In this document: positions 22,754 through 36,252 of the stretch, one piece after another | Layout: every line of letters starts with the position of its first letter | How positions within the stretch are numbered: position 1 is the first letter of the stretch | NCBI GenBank assembly: GCA_000320545.1 | Contig: ADNK01000237.1 | Location: 1 to 64,000 of the forward strand | Reading direction: 5' to 3' | Origin: Bigelowiella natans CCMP2755 | Lineage: Eukaryota > Protista > Cercozoa | Length of the DNA: 64,000 bases | The notes under the pieces: generated by a model | The model's database searches: none | Told to the model about the DNA's origin: nothing | Seen by the model: only the letters and a program-made list of their open reading frames with translations | Position numbers and translations under genes: made by a program

Positions 22754-24754
22754 TCACATTATTGAACACCCACGTTTGTTTTTAAGTTGAGCAATTTTGG
22801 ATGCTATTTCCTTTCTTTTCTTAGTCATTTGGGGCCTATGTAACTCAATAAGCTCGGATTTTACCTGCCGTTAATGACGTCTTAAAGGATCAATTTGACT
22901 ACATATAAGTATCTGGCATTACACTTTGAAAAGCTTCTTTAATGTCTCTTCGAGCGACTCCTATTCATTCATTTCATATTATGTTTGTAAAAGAGAATTG
23001 GAGAATTAAACAACCAGTGACATCAAAAATGCTAACTTCCTTCCCCTTCGGAAGCTGCTCCCTAAATTTTGCTTTCAAAAAGCCGAAAGCAGAAGCATAG
23101 GAATTGTCTCCTTTGTACTCTGGGAAACATGTTGAGAGCGATTCAGAGCGGATCATTTGTTCAAATAGATCTTTCTTGTTTAAGAATAGAATTATAGGAA
23201 CATCCTACGATTGCGGTAAGTATCAAATACATTGAAAAGCATATTCACAAGCTGAATTACTCGACCCGAAATGTTCTATCATGAGATATTTTTCTGAATA
23301 ATTCCAAGGACTCAATCATTCTGTTCTTTTTGCAATCCTCAAATAGAACCTCCAACCAATAACATCACAAAGATGCGTCAGAAAATTATGATATTATCAT
23401 TCTCATAGATACCTGGCGATATCCAGCCATGCTAGAAAGGAACAGAACGCATTTTACATCGTCTAATTTTAATGAAATTAGGTGGTCGTCAAGCACAAAA
23501 TTTGATTTAAGATAAAAGGAAGCTTCAGCTTACCAAAACAATGTAGCCATTTTTTACGTTCATTTCGTTGCCCACCAACGTCTACCATTTTTATATTCAT
23601 ATATGGAGGCTCCAGATCGTGTTCACGTTGGTATCGAGTCTTTAAAAGATCGTTAAAAAAAATCATTGAACGCTAAAATTCGAATTATTTCAATTATTTC
23701 TAATACTTTCAAGTCTTTGGAAATTATTCCCGTAGTTCGTATTCGCACTCTCAAAATCTGAACCAGAAATTTGAATTGATGCTGAGAGTTAGGACGAGTT
23801 TTGCTCCACTGAAAGTGATGCACACATAAATAAACATTTGTACATCTTCCTCGTTTGGTTCAAAGTCTTCTTGAGCGAAACGATCGAGATTCCTCATATA
23901 GTATTCGCATGAGTCCAACAACCAAAACTCAGCCCTGCGTTTGTAGGCCTGCTGGATCGGATCACCTATTCCACATCAAACGTTAAACCTGAACGACTTA
24001 GTTTTCTTTCCAATCTCAATGTCAACTTTTATATACGGCTTGAAAGTCAGCGGCCTCTGCGGCAGAAAGTTTAATACGTTTTGTACTCCCAGGTTCGTAT
24101 CGTTCCAAAACATCCTGAATACTTTCTCAATGAATTTACACATTGGAGATCGAAGAAATTTTACCATAATGCGTGCTGCCTCTCTGGACTCAACCTTCAA
24201 TCCATAATTATCCAAAGCTTGAAAAAGAGATCTCATACAGTCCAGTGCATTCTCGTGTAAGCTTGTGATTATATTTTCGACTTGAAATTTCCTGATCTTG
24301 TGATTGTGAATGCTTTCTAGTTGTTTGAGTATAGTACCTTGATAAAGTTTTTCGAGATAAAATGAGATAATTTCTTTAAAATTCGAATCCAAACCAAAAT
24401 ATTTTTTTTATGAAATGATTAATTTCGATTTCCACGTTTGTACTACTTTTGCCGCTCTCTCCAGCCCCAAGCAGCAAAATCTAATCATCCAATTATCATT
24501 GCTCCAAAATTTTCGAAAAATACAACAGCTTGCCACGTCACCTTAAAGCTGAAAAGTTGGGCTAATTCGCTTTGAAGGAGATTCTGATCCACGTTTTTGC
24601 TCCTAGCCCGCGCTTCCCATTCATCCTCTTTTTGTGCGACTTGTTCTTGGGTATCTTCCTGGGCATTTCTATCGAAGACCTCATTGAACTTTTTCTCTTC
24701 GATGGGTGTATTGTCCTTTGCTTTCGACTTAGATTTGGAGGATTTGCTTCCCAT
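22754..24754 (-). CDS. Heterotrimeric G-protein alpha subunit; multi-exon
   Basis: MGSKSS myristoylation start, [12 protein letters not shown](T) P-loop, [10 protein letters not shown] switch [17 protein letters not shown] switch [13 protein letters not shown]. Last exons splice to ..[32 protein letters not shown]. Confidence 0.93.
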
Positions 24755-26355
24755 TCTACCCTCCTCAGTAAAGGCTGAGAACGTTGATCAATAACAGCTG
24801 CTTGGAAGCAAGGTTTTGTAATGTTGTCTTTTCCCAAGAACCCTACTCGTCTTTTATTTGCGACAAAAGAAATCCGAATATTTGACCCAGACTCCGGAAC
24901 TGCAGTCGCCAGTTTGTGCTTGCAGGCAGAACAGACACGGAAACCGTTCCTTTAGGATCGGTTGTTCCAGAAAAATGCACAAAATGGCCTCTACTTCGAC
25001 ACCGATTCCAGGAAATTTTATTTGATCCATGATTTCAAGGGGAAATTTTGTTCAAACTCTTCTTTTCAAACTCGAATCCGTAAATACCGGAGATTATTCC
25101 TTCTGTTCAACTGAGAGGTACTCGAACACCACGAGCAAGAGGGAGTAAGGATCGTAGAGAAAACCTCCGGAATCCCTCCACCTCTCTCCAAACTACGACT
25201 ATCAGCACGACAGAACAATGGATAAAATTTTCTAAAAGTAAGCCCACGATATATAGAGTGATGAGAAATGTAAGGAGACAAATGACAATATTTCTTTACA
25301 CCTCTCCTATCGCATTAGTTGGCGCATGTTTAGTATTGGGTACCATCATTTTAAGGCAGGAAATTGATGGTGGAAGATATCCTGACGTAATTGACGAGCA
25401 GAGAAACAGTTACAGCTTAGTAGGAGATGCAACTCTTTGGGGATTTATTTTGTGCCTTTTTTTTATCATTTGGGAATCTAGATCTCCTTATCCAAAATGG
25501 TGCTGCATCTAAATGTGAAAATCTTAGAATCTGTCAGCGGCTAGTTATCATGGCATTAATAATACTACACCCCGTCCGCCAACAAAGTAGCGTTCAAATG
25601 AATAGCAATGTGCTTCGACAGGGCTTTCACACAGTTTGTTCCCAAAAGTAGAGATTGAGCAACATCTCAAATGTTGCACCACCATTGTGCGAATCAGTGC
25701 TGTGCATGTCTAACTACATGCTCAATGTGCATCCAATGCGGCATCATGTTATTGTAGTGATGACATCGCACTTTAGTGGACAGTGATGACAACAGAAACT
25801 TCGCACTTTGACCGCCTGTCATTGACCACCACATTCAAATCTTGCACCGCGGCGCACAGCAAGAGTGCATTGGTGCTGTTGTTACATGTTCAGTTGTTCT
25901 GCACCATGCTAGCATGCGCACTCATCACGCTAGAACGTCTGCACAAAAGAATGAAGAAATACCATGCATGGAGAATGTACAAGTGAGAATGATGGACACA
26001 TAGTAATACCACATATAAACAAAATATATATGATATTACGTTGTCTATTATGAGACGATCATTTGTTGCATGCACGTACCGTTGAGGAACATGAGCGCAA
26101 ATTCCAAGCTAGCAAGGCTAGAAGGTGATGCATCAGATGTCAACTGCGTCTAGATGACATCTGTGCACCGGAAGAACTCTATGCGAGTCAAGCTAGACAT
26201 GCGCACATGGAACATCGATGACGTATTTAGCTGAGCAAGTCCATGCAAACTAACGCAATTTGTGCAAGAGCGGTGTTTTCATGGCCGCATCCTGTCCTAC
26301 TACAACTGTATTACTCGTGAATTTATCTAGCCATCTTTTAGCCCTGCTCTTCATT

Positions 26356-27515
26356 CTACGGTTTGTATTCAGGGTCTCCGGGATTACGAGCCTTGTCCAA
26401 GGGACTGCGTTTAGCATCCGAGCCAAAATACCACCCATTCCCACCCAGTTTCCCGAACAAGCAATGCGAAAGAGACACCGTACCTTCCATTGGTGTGAGT
26501 TTTGCGCCAAATCCTTTAGTCATAGCTGTAGCAATGAAGCCAGGGGAACAGCTGCTACTGGTAATATGGGGATGCTTCTTTGCAAGATGCATGGTGTATG
26601 CTGTAAGGCCAGCTTTTGAGATCCCATATGCAGAAAATCCATCGATCTCACCACCTCCGGCCTTCTTTTCCAATGCAACTATGGTTAAATGATCCTCATT
26701 AACTTACTTTGGATAGTAGGAAAAGAAAGCACAAACGACAACGTCATATGATAATAAGTGATGGATGACAAAGCAAATTGAATGGTGTCCACTCTCTTTG
26801 GATGTCCTCATGCTCTAGTAATCTTGGTGTAACAATTTCAACTCACCAACTTCTTGGATTTGTTCCCAGGTCACGTCAAAGCTAATCAGAGGTGCCTTCT
26901 CCTCTTTCGAGACCTTCCCCATTGGACTTTTACCCAAACTCCCTTTCATGTATGCAGAGGCAGCACCGCTGCTAACGTTTACGATGCGGCCGTCCTTTTC
27001 ATCAAGCATGGGAAGAAATGCGTCGCAAACACGCTTTGGGCCCTCTAGATTGACATTCAGTATCGTCTCCCAGCTTACGCCGTGGCTCAAACCAGCCCCA
27101 GCATTATTAACGATACCATAGAATTTGGTGCCTTTTAACTTCTTCGCAGCTGCTGCAACCTGTATGGGGAGAATAGAATCACATCTTCAAAAAAGGTTTT
27201 TGAGGGTGCTGATGAGAGACAACTTAGTTTTCGCTACCGATTCATCCTTGCCTACATCAAGAACAACAAGCTCCACTTTGGCCTCAGGAAATTCTTTGAG
27301 AATCTTAGCCACTGCAGCTTTTCCTTTGTCCTCGCTACGCGAACAGAGGTACACGTCGCACTTGTGCACGGAAGCGAGCTTCTTACAAAATGCGAACCCA
27401 ATCCCAGCGTTGCCTACAGATTCATGAAAAAGTCGTATCTTAGACTTTGCCTCGATACCCCCTCCCTTTGAAAAGGATTGTGCATACCTCCAGTTACGAG
27501 TACTTTTTTGGCCAT
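26356..27515 (-). CDS. Classical SDR, carbonyl reductase (CBR)-like; multi-exon
   Basis: MAKKVLVTG|[45 protein letters not shown] (YxxxK), [12 protein letters not shown]. Confidence 0.9.
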
Positions 27516-27971
27516 GGCTCCGATCGGATATTGTTTATCCGGCCCTCGCTGCTGCTACTTCGTACGGTCGGATAGGATATTTTTCGATGTTTTTATCATC
27601 ATTATCATCGTCATCGTCATAATCATCATCACCGATATGAAAATAATGAAATATTTATACCTGCATCAAATTTAAATACTTAGTAGTTTTCAGTGTTTTT
27701 TTTAATCTAAATGTGAATTGGGAGTGCCGGAACACAGGGTCATGTATTTTGTATGTCTCAGCGAGAAAACGACGAGATTTTATTTTTTTCAAACTTTTTC
27801 CTTCGTGTTGAAGTGCAACATAATTCAAAACAGGAAAGCCCCCGCGTGGCGCTACTGGGTTGGAAGATATTACGTAATGTCTTAGATTTTTATAAAACGA
27901 CATCATTCATTAAGGATAACCGATCAAAATCGGCATCAACTTGTTTTGTCGCGAGAGCATAAATCAAAGCC

Positions 27972-29860
27972 ATGGCCAGTGCAGGTCGAACCCCCCCCTT
28001 TACCTTGTGATCGTCTCACAGAAGGCGGCAATGGGTCGATGAATTCGTTATGTTTCATAGTAAGTAATTAGCACTCATTGCACCAATCTTGTAAAGTAAG
28101 AAGGGTGGTTTGGGTTGTGTAGACCAATAAACACATTCGAGCTTGTTATTGCAGGCGGACACGTTTTAACCCCATGCCTGACGGCAAGGCAAAAGCGCAT
28201 CTTGGAGGCCATTAACAGTTACCTATTCTCTAAAAAAAGATCCTTCGACTGTCTGAAATTAAACCTAAAACTTGACAATGACCTGTAGGTGCTAAGAAGG
28301 TGCAGATGGAGTCACTGGTTGTGACTGAAGTGGTGGAAGCTCCCAGAGGCGTTACCATCGAAAAACTTAGAGCAAGTGTATCTATGTCTCTTAAATCCTT
28401 TTCCAGTCTTAGAGTAACGTATGGGAAGGGTGATGGCAAAATCAGTGTGTTGCCAATGGAACAGGTGTTGTTACCAGCAAATTCAACACATACTCGTACA
28501 CACCACACCATGACTTCCTGCATGAATCCGCATTAGTATACACATAAAGCCAAGGATGATGCACCAAACACCCAAGTCATTTATGGTTTGGCATTCCACC
28601 TTAGATTAATATCTCAAGCATCGTAACAGTTGCGACGTCTGCAAGCGGGCCCTCACAGCAGAAGGAGGATGAAGCTCCCCTAGACCCCTCTTCTGGCAAG
28701 CTATTTACTCTCTGCCTTATCAAGGGGTCCTCATCTATGGGAATGAGCTGCCTCAGGATGTGTGGGACAGGAAACGACGACGGGGGCCAGGTCCAGAAGC
28801 TGAAACTACGCGTACACTCTATTGCCGCCGACTACGCATCCGTGAGGATCTTCTTGTTGGCTGTTCTCTCAAACCTCTCAGCTTCGAACGAGGGGATATC
28901 TGCTTTTGGGGGTATGGGGGGGGCAAAGGCTGAGGACCTGTGGAAGGTTGCAGCTAAGGAGAGCAATATAATTGCTGCCGCGGATAAGGGTGAGTCGAAG
29001 GAGCTCAAGTATTGGTCATCTGTGATCGATGATACTGCCCCTGTCGTGCAGCTCAACGCTGACTTGTCGCGGCCTCTGGAAAAGTCTTTAATCGCCCGTC
29101 GCGTCGCGGAAATGGTGCCCCCTGAGCTCGCCGCTAAAGTCGATGCCTTGGCCAAAGAAGTACTAGGTGGCGACCATCACAGCGCCCGCATGGCGGTCTA
29201 CGCGGCAGCCTTTGCGGTGCTGATATACAGGCGTTCTCTTGAAGAGGTAAGGAAGGTTGAGCCTATATTTGATGTATCGAATACTAACACGTACACCCGA
29301 GTGAGTGATCTCTCTGTAGCTTGCTTTACATAAAAATGTTGCGACTACCTGAGGTGCCATTTGCCATTGTGTGCTGCATAAAAAATAAATGCTATGAGCT
29401 GACAATCGACAAACCACCCGATTTTTGTCGTGTGTTTAATGTGCGTGTTGTGTGTGTGTGTGTGTGTGTGTGTGTACGCATTGGTATTTGAAAAGGATTT
29501 GGTGATATCGACGTGCCTGGATCCTCGGAGTAGCAGCAGTTCCTCCTCTTCCTCAGCATCATCATCAGCTGAAGGTGTTTTTGGTCCGTTGTCACAGCAA
29601 GCATACCTTCGCATTGCAGTGGAAGATAACAAATCATTCGAGGTGCTCGCCAAGGCAGTCGCCAAAAGACTTGAGGAGGCCAAGAAAAACCTGGTGATTG
29701 CATTAGGGAGAAATATCATAGTATCGCTGAAAGGAATGATGATGACGATGATGATGATGACCCAAGATATTTACCTCAACTATGAAAAAGGCAAACATTG
29801 CTACAAATAAATACCGTTGCATTTGTCTTTTTAAATCGTGGGGGTTCCATTTTTGTTACA

Positions 29861-29894
<34 letters not shown>

Positions 29895-30210
29895 ACATAC
29901 AACACACCAACCAGGGACTGCCTTTCGAGGAGATCGCACAAAAGCTGCTCGAGAGCGACGAAAAGGCCGCAATGCTCCCTGAGGACTCTCGTTTCTCACC
30001 CGTCGAGTTCGTCATGGACAAGTAAGATCTGGCTGTGCTGTCTCTTCGCCATCGCCCTTGCGATTTTAGCAGCAGCAACAGCAGCCATTTGGAAATTTCA
30101 TTCCATTATCGAAACCAAAAGAAGTGAATAATGCTCTTGAATGAATAAGCTAATTCCCCCAGTTCTCATGGCGATTACCCCAACCTCCCTATCCACCTAA
30201 TCCTTCGCTT

Positions 30211-30246
<36 letters not shown>

Positions 30247-33200
30247 AAGGTCGCCGTACCGTTCGCTGTGTAAGTATGTGGCGAGCTCGATGGAGCTGCG
30301 TGTCCGAGTGACAGACGTTGGAGGAGACCAGGGAACGATGCTGGCTGTTGAGTACCAAGAGCAGCTGTTCCACCCGCTCACCGCTGCTGATACGCTCTCC
30401 CAATACATCCTCGTCCTCAGCCAGATCACGAAGGGGGCAAACGGTGCGCCGAAGTCTCTCATGCACATAAGGTGAGGGAGAAGCGAGCGCGCGAGCAGAG
30501 GGGGGAAGAGCGTAATGGGATGGGGGAAATGGGGGTAGATGGAGAACGTGCCCCACGGTTGATGATTGTGCTACTACTACTACTACTACTACTACTAATC
30601 GACAGTCTTGTGACTCCGCGAGCTCGGCGGCTAGTCCCTTCTCCCACCTCCCCCCTGAACGCGGGATGGGAAGGCTCCATCGCCGCGTGCTTTGACAAAT
30701 CGGCGGCACGGGTGCCAGAGCGCACCGCAATCGTGTTCGAAGGCAAGAAGATATCCTACGAAACGCTTCAGAAGCTGGTGGATGCAGTGTGCTCTTCGCT
30801 TCTCTCCGCAGGAATACAGAAAGGCGACGTGGTTGGGCTTTACGGGCACCGCAGCCCAGCGGTCGTTTGGGCGATCATGGGCATATTGAAGGCGGGAGCT
30901 GCGTATACAATGATGGACCCAAAGTACCCGCGTGAACGGATTGAGCTGTGCCTTGGGATTGCAGGAATCAAGGCTTTCATCCATCTTGAGGCTGCTGGAA
31001 AACTCGACCCTAAGCTCCAGAAGTATCTGGAGAACAAGAAACTCAGTCTCTGCGGACCGCTACCGGCTGATCCGGACCCGGAGGCGGTTAGTCTGCTGCT
31101 ACTTGCTCGCGGCGCTCTGGCATTTCGCACAAAGCCCCCGCGATATTTACCCCCGCAATCATACAACAACTATTTCTAACAGTCCGGATTTTTTGTGGAC
31201 GTTCTCTAATATACCTCGAAATTTCGTCTTTGTTGCTGGTATCATCAGGTCCTTCGGCTACTAAAACCAAACGCCAAAGCTGCGTCGGCAAACGATGCGA
31301 AGACGAGCAGCTCAAATCCTCCATCCATTGATCCGTGGGACGTAGCTGTGGTAACCTTCACCAGCGGCTCCACTGGTATTCCAAAAGGAGTCCAGGGTCG
31401 CCACGCCTCCCTCACACACTTCTATCCATGGATGGCGGAGCGTTTTGGCATCAGGGAGGATGATCGCTTTTCAATGTGAGGAGCTTGGATGATTATGATA
31501 TTGAGGAATTCCGCCGGCGGTGGTGGTGCTGCTGATCGTGGGATTGATGATAAGATGAATGATGTGCGAGAATTGGAACGGCCACAGTGAAATTAATAAT
31601 TACCTATTAATCCACACTTTCAAAAAAAATCCGAAACCAACCCTCCACACACAAAGTAGCTCATTCATTGGCAGCATCAATCAACATTACCATCCATATC
31701 ATCATCATCCTCTCGAAACCCCCTTGCTCTACTACCACCAGGTGCTCCGGGATCGCTCACGACCCACTGCAGCGAGACATTTTCACACCGTTGTTCTTCG
31801 GTGCGGCTATTCACATCCCAACCGACCTCGACATCGCAGAACCTGGCCGTCTGGCGCGATGGACGCACAAGGAGAAGATCACGATCTCCTGCTTCACGCC
31901 TGCTATGGGGCAGTTGCTGGTGAGACAATTTTAGGATGTTGGGACGAAGAAGGAGGAGGAGGAGGAGGAGGAGCATTTAGGGAAGGGGGGGGATGCAAGG
32001 CTCCTCTATTGGTCGGCTTGGTTGTTGTCATATTCTTGAGCGTTCTCCCACCATCACACCATCACCATGGGCAATATCAGTCTTTAACACTGTCTTCGTC
32101 GTCGTCGTCATCGTCTCGTGTAGGTTTCAGGCGATAAGGCGTCCGCGCCTGTTCTGAGCGATTTCCGTTTGGCGTTCTTCGTGGGTGCCATGCTGGTCAA
32201 GCGCGACGTGCAGATGCTGCGCGCTCTTGCGCCGAACGTGCGCGTGATCAACATGTACGGGTCCACGGAGACGCAGCGTGCGGTCGGCTACCTCGAGATC
32301 GTCAGCGCGAACGAAGAAGCCAAGGGTGCCCCCACCGCTCGCCCAAGCGCGCAGTCGCACGCCACTGCGCAAGTGCCCATCAAGTCGTGCAAGGAGGTGA
32401 TCCCAGTAGGCATTGGAATGCAGGACGGTCAGATGCTCGCCATCAACAAGGCCGGCATCATTGCGGGTATTGGGGAGATGGCCGAGATCTACATGCGCTC
32501 GCCGCACATCGCCCTCGGATACATAGGGAAGCCAGAGGTCACCAAGGCGAGATTCCTGCCCAACCCGTTTGGAGGAACCGAGGCCGAGGAGAAGGACGGC
32601 GACCAGAGGTACGGGAAGCTGGGCGATAGGATGTACAAGACAGGCGATCTGGGGCGTTATCGATACGACGGCTTCGTGGAGTGCTGCGGGCGCGCCGATG
32701 ATCAGATTAAAATTCGCGGGTTCCGCGTGGAGCTAGGGGAGATCAACGCGACGCTCTCGCAGTGCCCTGGGCTACAGGACAACATCGTGATCGCAGTCGA
32801 TGACACGATAGGCTCGAAGATGCTGGTCGGATACCTCGTGGCCGAACCAAAACCTGGCGTTCCCCCTCCAAAGCCACTCCCGCGCGGGGCCAAGCCGATT
32901 GTCCGTACCGACGACGATGCGCCCGCGCTCGCTCTCAAGGCTAAGAAGTTCTTGTCGAAGCGCCTGCCGCACTACATGGTTCCCACCTTCTTCGTCGTGC
33001 TAGAGGCCCTTCCCCTCACGGCCAACGGGAAGATTAACACCCGCGCCCTCCCCCCACCGGAAAGGCGCTCCGGACCGCAGGGTGGGGATGGGGATGGCGA
33101 GGACCCTGCCACGCACAAGAAGTACAAAGGAAAGCTCACGGACACGGAGAAGGCTTTGGTTAGGGCTTGGTCTGATGTCCTCAAGGTAGTATCTGTGATG

Positions 33201-35284
33201 ATACAATAATAATCATAGCAATTATGCTATAACAATAATGGTGGCGGTGGTGATAATTACGTACATACATTACCACGATGGTAGTAACGCTGCTGCTCGC
33301 CGTCGTGACTAGGTATATTTTTCTAAACACGCATTCGTTGTTGATTACAGGTGCATGCTCCTGGGCTTGATGAGGGGTTCTTCGACCTTGGGGGCCATTC
33401 TCTTGCCGCAACTCAGCTGACGTTGCAGATGCGCGAGGCTCTCCCGCACCTGAGCATCCCGATGGACTTACTTTTCAGGCACCCGACGATCAAGGCTCTC
33501 GCGGCTGCTCTCGACAACGACGATGGAGACGAGAAACAACAGGCGCGGCAGCAGCTCAATCTGGCAGCGGAAGCGGAAAACGTGGCTAAGGAGTGCCTCA
33601 AGGACGTGGGCACCAACGTAAACAAAAACGGGATCTGCACTACTCCTTTATCCGAGGCTACCGGCGTTCTTCTCACAGGTGCTACAGGCTTCTTGGGCGC
33701 TTTCCTGGCCAGAGAGCTCCTTCGCCGTACCTCTCCTACTACCACCATATTTTGTGCCGCTCGGGGGCGTGACCTGGAGGCTGTGGAGCAACGTGTGAGG
33801 AATAACCTCCGGAACCATTGCATTGATCTGAGCGACGAGGACGCCAAGCGTCTACGACCGGTTGTCTGTGACCTTTCGAAGCCATTGCTGGGTATGGAGG
33901 CTGCAGCGTTCGAGACACTCGCACAGAAAGTGCAGGCTATAGTACACAATGGCGCATACGTCCACTGGCTGCTGCCCTACGACAGGCTCAAGCCGACAAA
34001 CGTGCTTGGAACGCACGCCGTTCTGAAGCTGGCCTCCCTGGCCCCCAAGATCGCAGCTGTCCACTACGTCTCCACCACTAGCGTCTTCGATGACGCGCAC
34101 CACGCCAAGCAGGCGACGGTGGCGGAGGATGATACTCTGCAGGAGTGGAAGGGGCTGAGCGGTGGTTATCCGCAGTCCAAGTGGATGGCAGAGCGCCTGC
34201 TCATGGCCGCCGCCAAAGACGCTGGGGTACCTGTGGCGATCTACCGACCTGGCTACGTGACGGGAGACTGCGAGAAGGGACTGTGGAACACGGACGATTT
34301 CCAGGTGTCGACGTCGTCTGAATCGCCTGCTTGCCTGCTACTAATTGCGGGGTTGTGAGCTGAGGAGTGTGTAATGCTGTCGTTAATGGCGGTGCTCCCA
34401 TGTGAGGATGCCGGCGACTAGCAGCAGACAACTCTTGTGCATGCGTGTTGTTATGACTCATCGTTACGCTGCGTGAGAGTATATATAAGTGAGTTTTGTA
34501 AGAATCGTATCTGCACAATAAGAGATGCTGATCGGTTGTGCTTAATACCCTTTTCTCACATCTTCGCGGAGGTATTCTAATACCCCCACTCTCTCATGAT
34601 GATTGCTTTCAACCTCATCAGGTGCGTTTGATCAAGGGCTGTATACAGCTGGGAGCATGCCCCTTCATGAGCGAGAAGGATACCGATGGCCGCCTAATCG
34701 GACTTGACGCCTCTCCCGTGGACTACGTCGCCGAAGCCATCGTGCACATCGCGGGCCAAGTGGAATTTTCGAAGGGCAAGGAAGGGGATGTAGTAGCCCA
34801 CAAGGCGTTCAATATCGTCAACCCTTCGCCGTACCCATACGCTGCTCTTTACAATAAATTGGCGAGCTTCGGGTATAAAATTGAGGCCATTCCCTACGAA
34901 AAATGGAGGCAGCGGCTGCAAGAAGCCGTTCGTGGTTCGGCGAGTGGAGGGTCTAAAGAGGCCAATCCCCTCGCAGCCGTTATCACCAACTTCTCCGAGG
35001 GGTGGGCAGCCGGACTTCCGAACCCAAGTTACGACATGAAAAATGCTAACGCGCTCCTCGCCAACTCCAAATCCAACATCAAGCGTTGGTCGGATGAAGA
35101 GGGAAAGGTGCAGCAGCGATCCATCGCCTGCCCGAGCATCGATGAGCTGGTGCAGGTGTACCTGGCTTATCTCATAGCATGCGAGTTTCTACCCAAGCCG
35201 CCTTCTGGCAGCGCAGGCGACAAGGTTGACTGGGCCAAGATGTGTCAGGGAGTCGCAAGGCTGAGCCGCAGTAACCGCACGTGA
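27972..35284 (+). CDS. LYS2: L-2-aminoadipate reductase-like NRPS-type enzyme, C-A-T-R architecture; multi-exon
   Basis: A domain with Lys2-type motifs FTSGSTGIPKGVQGRH.SL..FYPWM, SGIAHDPLQRDIFTPLF, TPAMGQLL, NMYGSTETQRAV, YKTGDLGRY, GRADDQIKIRGFRVELGEI. T domain FFDLGGHSL. R domain LLTGATGFLG, HNGAYVHW, GGYPQSKW, RPGYVTG..NTDDF. 5' exons approximate. Confidence 0.85.
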
Positions 35285-35423
35285 GCGAGACCAACGCGAA
35301 TAAGGCAGTATATATTGCAGGCGTTGCGTATCCTAAGTATCATTGAGTCTACTGGCTCTCGTTTATGACGTACATGAGGCCATTACACATAGCCATGCTG
35401 ACATAATTCATAGCTAAATGTAA

Positions 35424-35454
<31 letters not shown>

Positions 35455-36252
35455 CATACATAGATTTAATATTAGCGCTGTAGCCGCTACATTGCACAGC
35501 TACATAAGGATGACTATTGAGCAAAATTTCATTTTATCCGTCTTATACATACATACATATCTTCGGTACTTCGTATTGACTTAGATCAACTAAATCTTTT
35601 ATTATAAATCGGCATATTGGTCTATGATATGCTAGCTCGATGACTAGCTAAGCCTTTGTTTCACCGTGTGGGATGATTAGCATGTCTAGCTAGCTAGATG
35701 CATGTGCGCGTGATGCGACTGCTAGCTTATGATACGATAAATATGTAGGAACATATAGTTGTTTGCGTGTGCAGCCATATCTAGCATGTAGCTACTACAG
35801 GGTAGATATGTGTGACTATGAAGCACTAGATACATAGCTGACTTAACACAAATATGCGAAATACAATATACATTAAATACATATGCCTAGATGCTTATGG
35901 CGGGTGTAGCGTAGCTAGCGATACAACATACTAGCATGCATATGACTCCGCTACAGTAGCGCTATGTAGTTAATTATCTATCGCTTTGGCCAAATGTATA
36001 GTTGTCTGCTCAGAGCTACTAAATACCATGTGAGACACGAAAAGGAAGAGAAACGTTTCATAGACTTGGTCTGACAGATGGAATGCTCACTATCATGCGA
36101 TCGAGGAGGTGAAAGTATCTGTTTTACATTTCGATTTCACCATGCTAGCATGGTAGAGCTAGAGAAATTGGCAATAGGGATACCTTTTGTACCTTCCTTG
36201 AATATCTCTCCCATGTTGATCACAACTTTATTACGAAAATACTGTACTGCCA

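Noticed and set aside
22754-24754. Stop-codon reassignment or pseudogenisation to explain fragmented ORFs
   Set aside because: Where I traced them, interruptions resolve as phase-consistent GT-AG introns under the standard code.
25258-25512. 84-aa two-TM ORF divergent from G-alpha
   Set aside because: Plausible small gene but no recognisable family or splice support, so not listed as a feature.
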